Positions 63,443-64,000 of a DNA stretch of 64,000 bases are shown here, in pieces. Position numbers and translations under genes: made by a program. Each line of letters begins with the position of its first letter. Positions within the stretch are counted from its first letter, which is position 1. Source of the DNA: Lytechinus pictus (lineage: Eukaryota). The notes under the pieces are model-generated. The model was not told the origin of the DNA, made no database searches, and saw nothing but the letters and a program-made list of their open reading frames with translations. The stretch lies in assembly GCF_037042905.1 (NCBI RefSeq), contig NC_087257.1, positions 24,738,001 through 24,802,000 of the forward strand. The letters are read 5' to 3'.

Positions 63443-64000
63443 TGTAGTGACTTGACTATATCTTTTTATATATCTACATCTATATATTCTTTCCTTGTAT
63501 ATATTTTCATTTATATTTCAACATTCTGTATATGTATATAAATTCTTTCTTTTATTTCCAATTTCATATATTCTCACTTGTTCACGCCATGTGTATTTAC
63601 TACAATACTGTACATTCACAGAGCAAGCCAACTCATTTTCTGTCCAAATCTACTTGGCAAACACATTCTTATATTGAGAAACAACCTTTCTTTTGTTCCT
63701 AGACTTGGAGCAAACATCCTTTCATTGTTCCTTGTTTATTGCAATAAACTTGCAGGTATACAACATCACTACAGAGATGCTCGCATGTTTGCTTTTCTCA
63801 CAGTCTGCTTCTCTCCTCTTTGTTCTTCTCAACTGTGTTTTGTCCTCTTTTTGGCGCTTATTTCTTTGTCTCATCTTTTCTGATGTTGGTAAAAACAACT
63901 TGTTTTCTCTACCACATCATCACTCTACTCTCTGCCTTCGTCCTGTCCACTCATGCTGACCATCTCATCCAGCTGCTAGTGAGGATTGAATCAAATCTTG
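63443..64000 (+). repeat. 3' LTR (incomplete in window)
   Basis: Same sequence as 58872-59429 (offset 4571 bp). Confidence 0.92.

Larger units (their letters stand above)
58872..64000 (+). mobile_element. Ty3/gypsy LTR retrotransposon, CsRn1/Kabuki clade, recent insertion (3' repeat runs off the window)
   Basis: Direct repeats start TGTAGTGA at 58872 and 63443; PBS(Trp), PPT, CHCC gag and PR-RT-RH-IN pol. Confidence 0.95.

Overview
AT-rich, intron-rich animal genomic DNA, dense in MITEs and SINEs, with two N-gaps. The repeat types suggest an echinoderm, probably a sea urchin (inference). Four genes were reconstructed by hand from splice sites and exon phase. (1) A complete 7-exon Rab18 on the minus strand (206 aa, CaaX end). 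(2) Divergent from it, an 8-coding-exon plus-strand gene (~624 aa) with a duplicated N-terminal peptide, a coiled coil and three death-fold-like domains, the last MyD88/IRAK-like. Two NF-kB-type sites lie upstream. (3) An uncharacterised 5-coding-exon gene (~694 aa) behind a dense Sox/CRE/Fox motif cluster. (4) A SKIDA1-like SKI/DACH-domain gene whose long coding exon is interrupted by a very recent CsRn1/Kabuki-clade Ty3/gypsy retrotransposon. That element has identical terminal repeats, a tRNA-Trp PBS, an intact pol and a -1 frameshift signal. However, its 94-aa gag has no capsid domain, and its LTR is composite, with a canonical TG...CA end about 540 bp before the PBS. The insertion gives the host ORF a new 32-aa hydrophobic tail. 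Also present are a decayed Tc1 transposon, Kolobok/piggyBac/hAT/Harbinger/Tc1-type MITEs (some nested), tRNA-SINEs, a LINE fragment and satellites.
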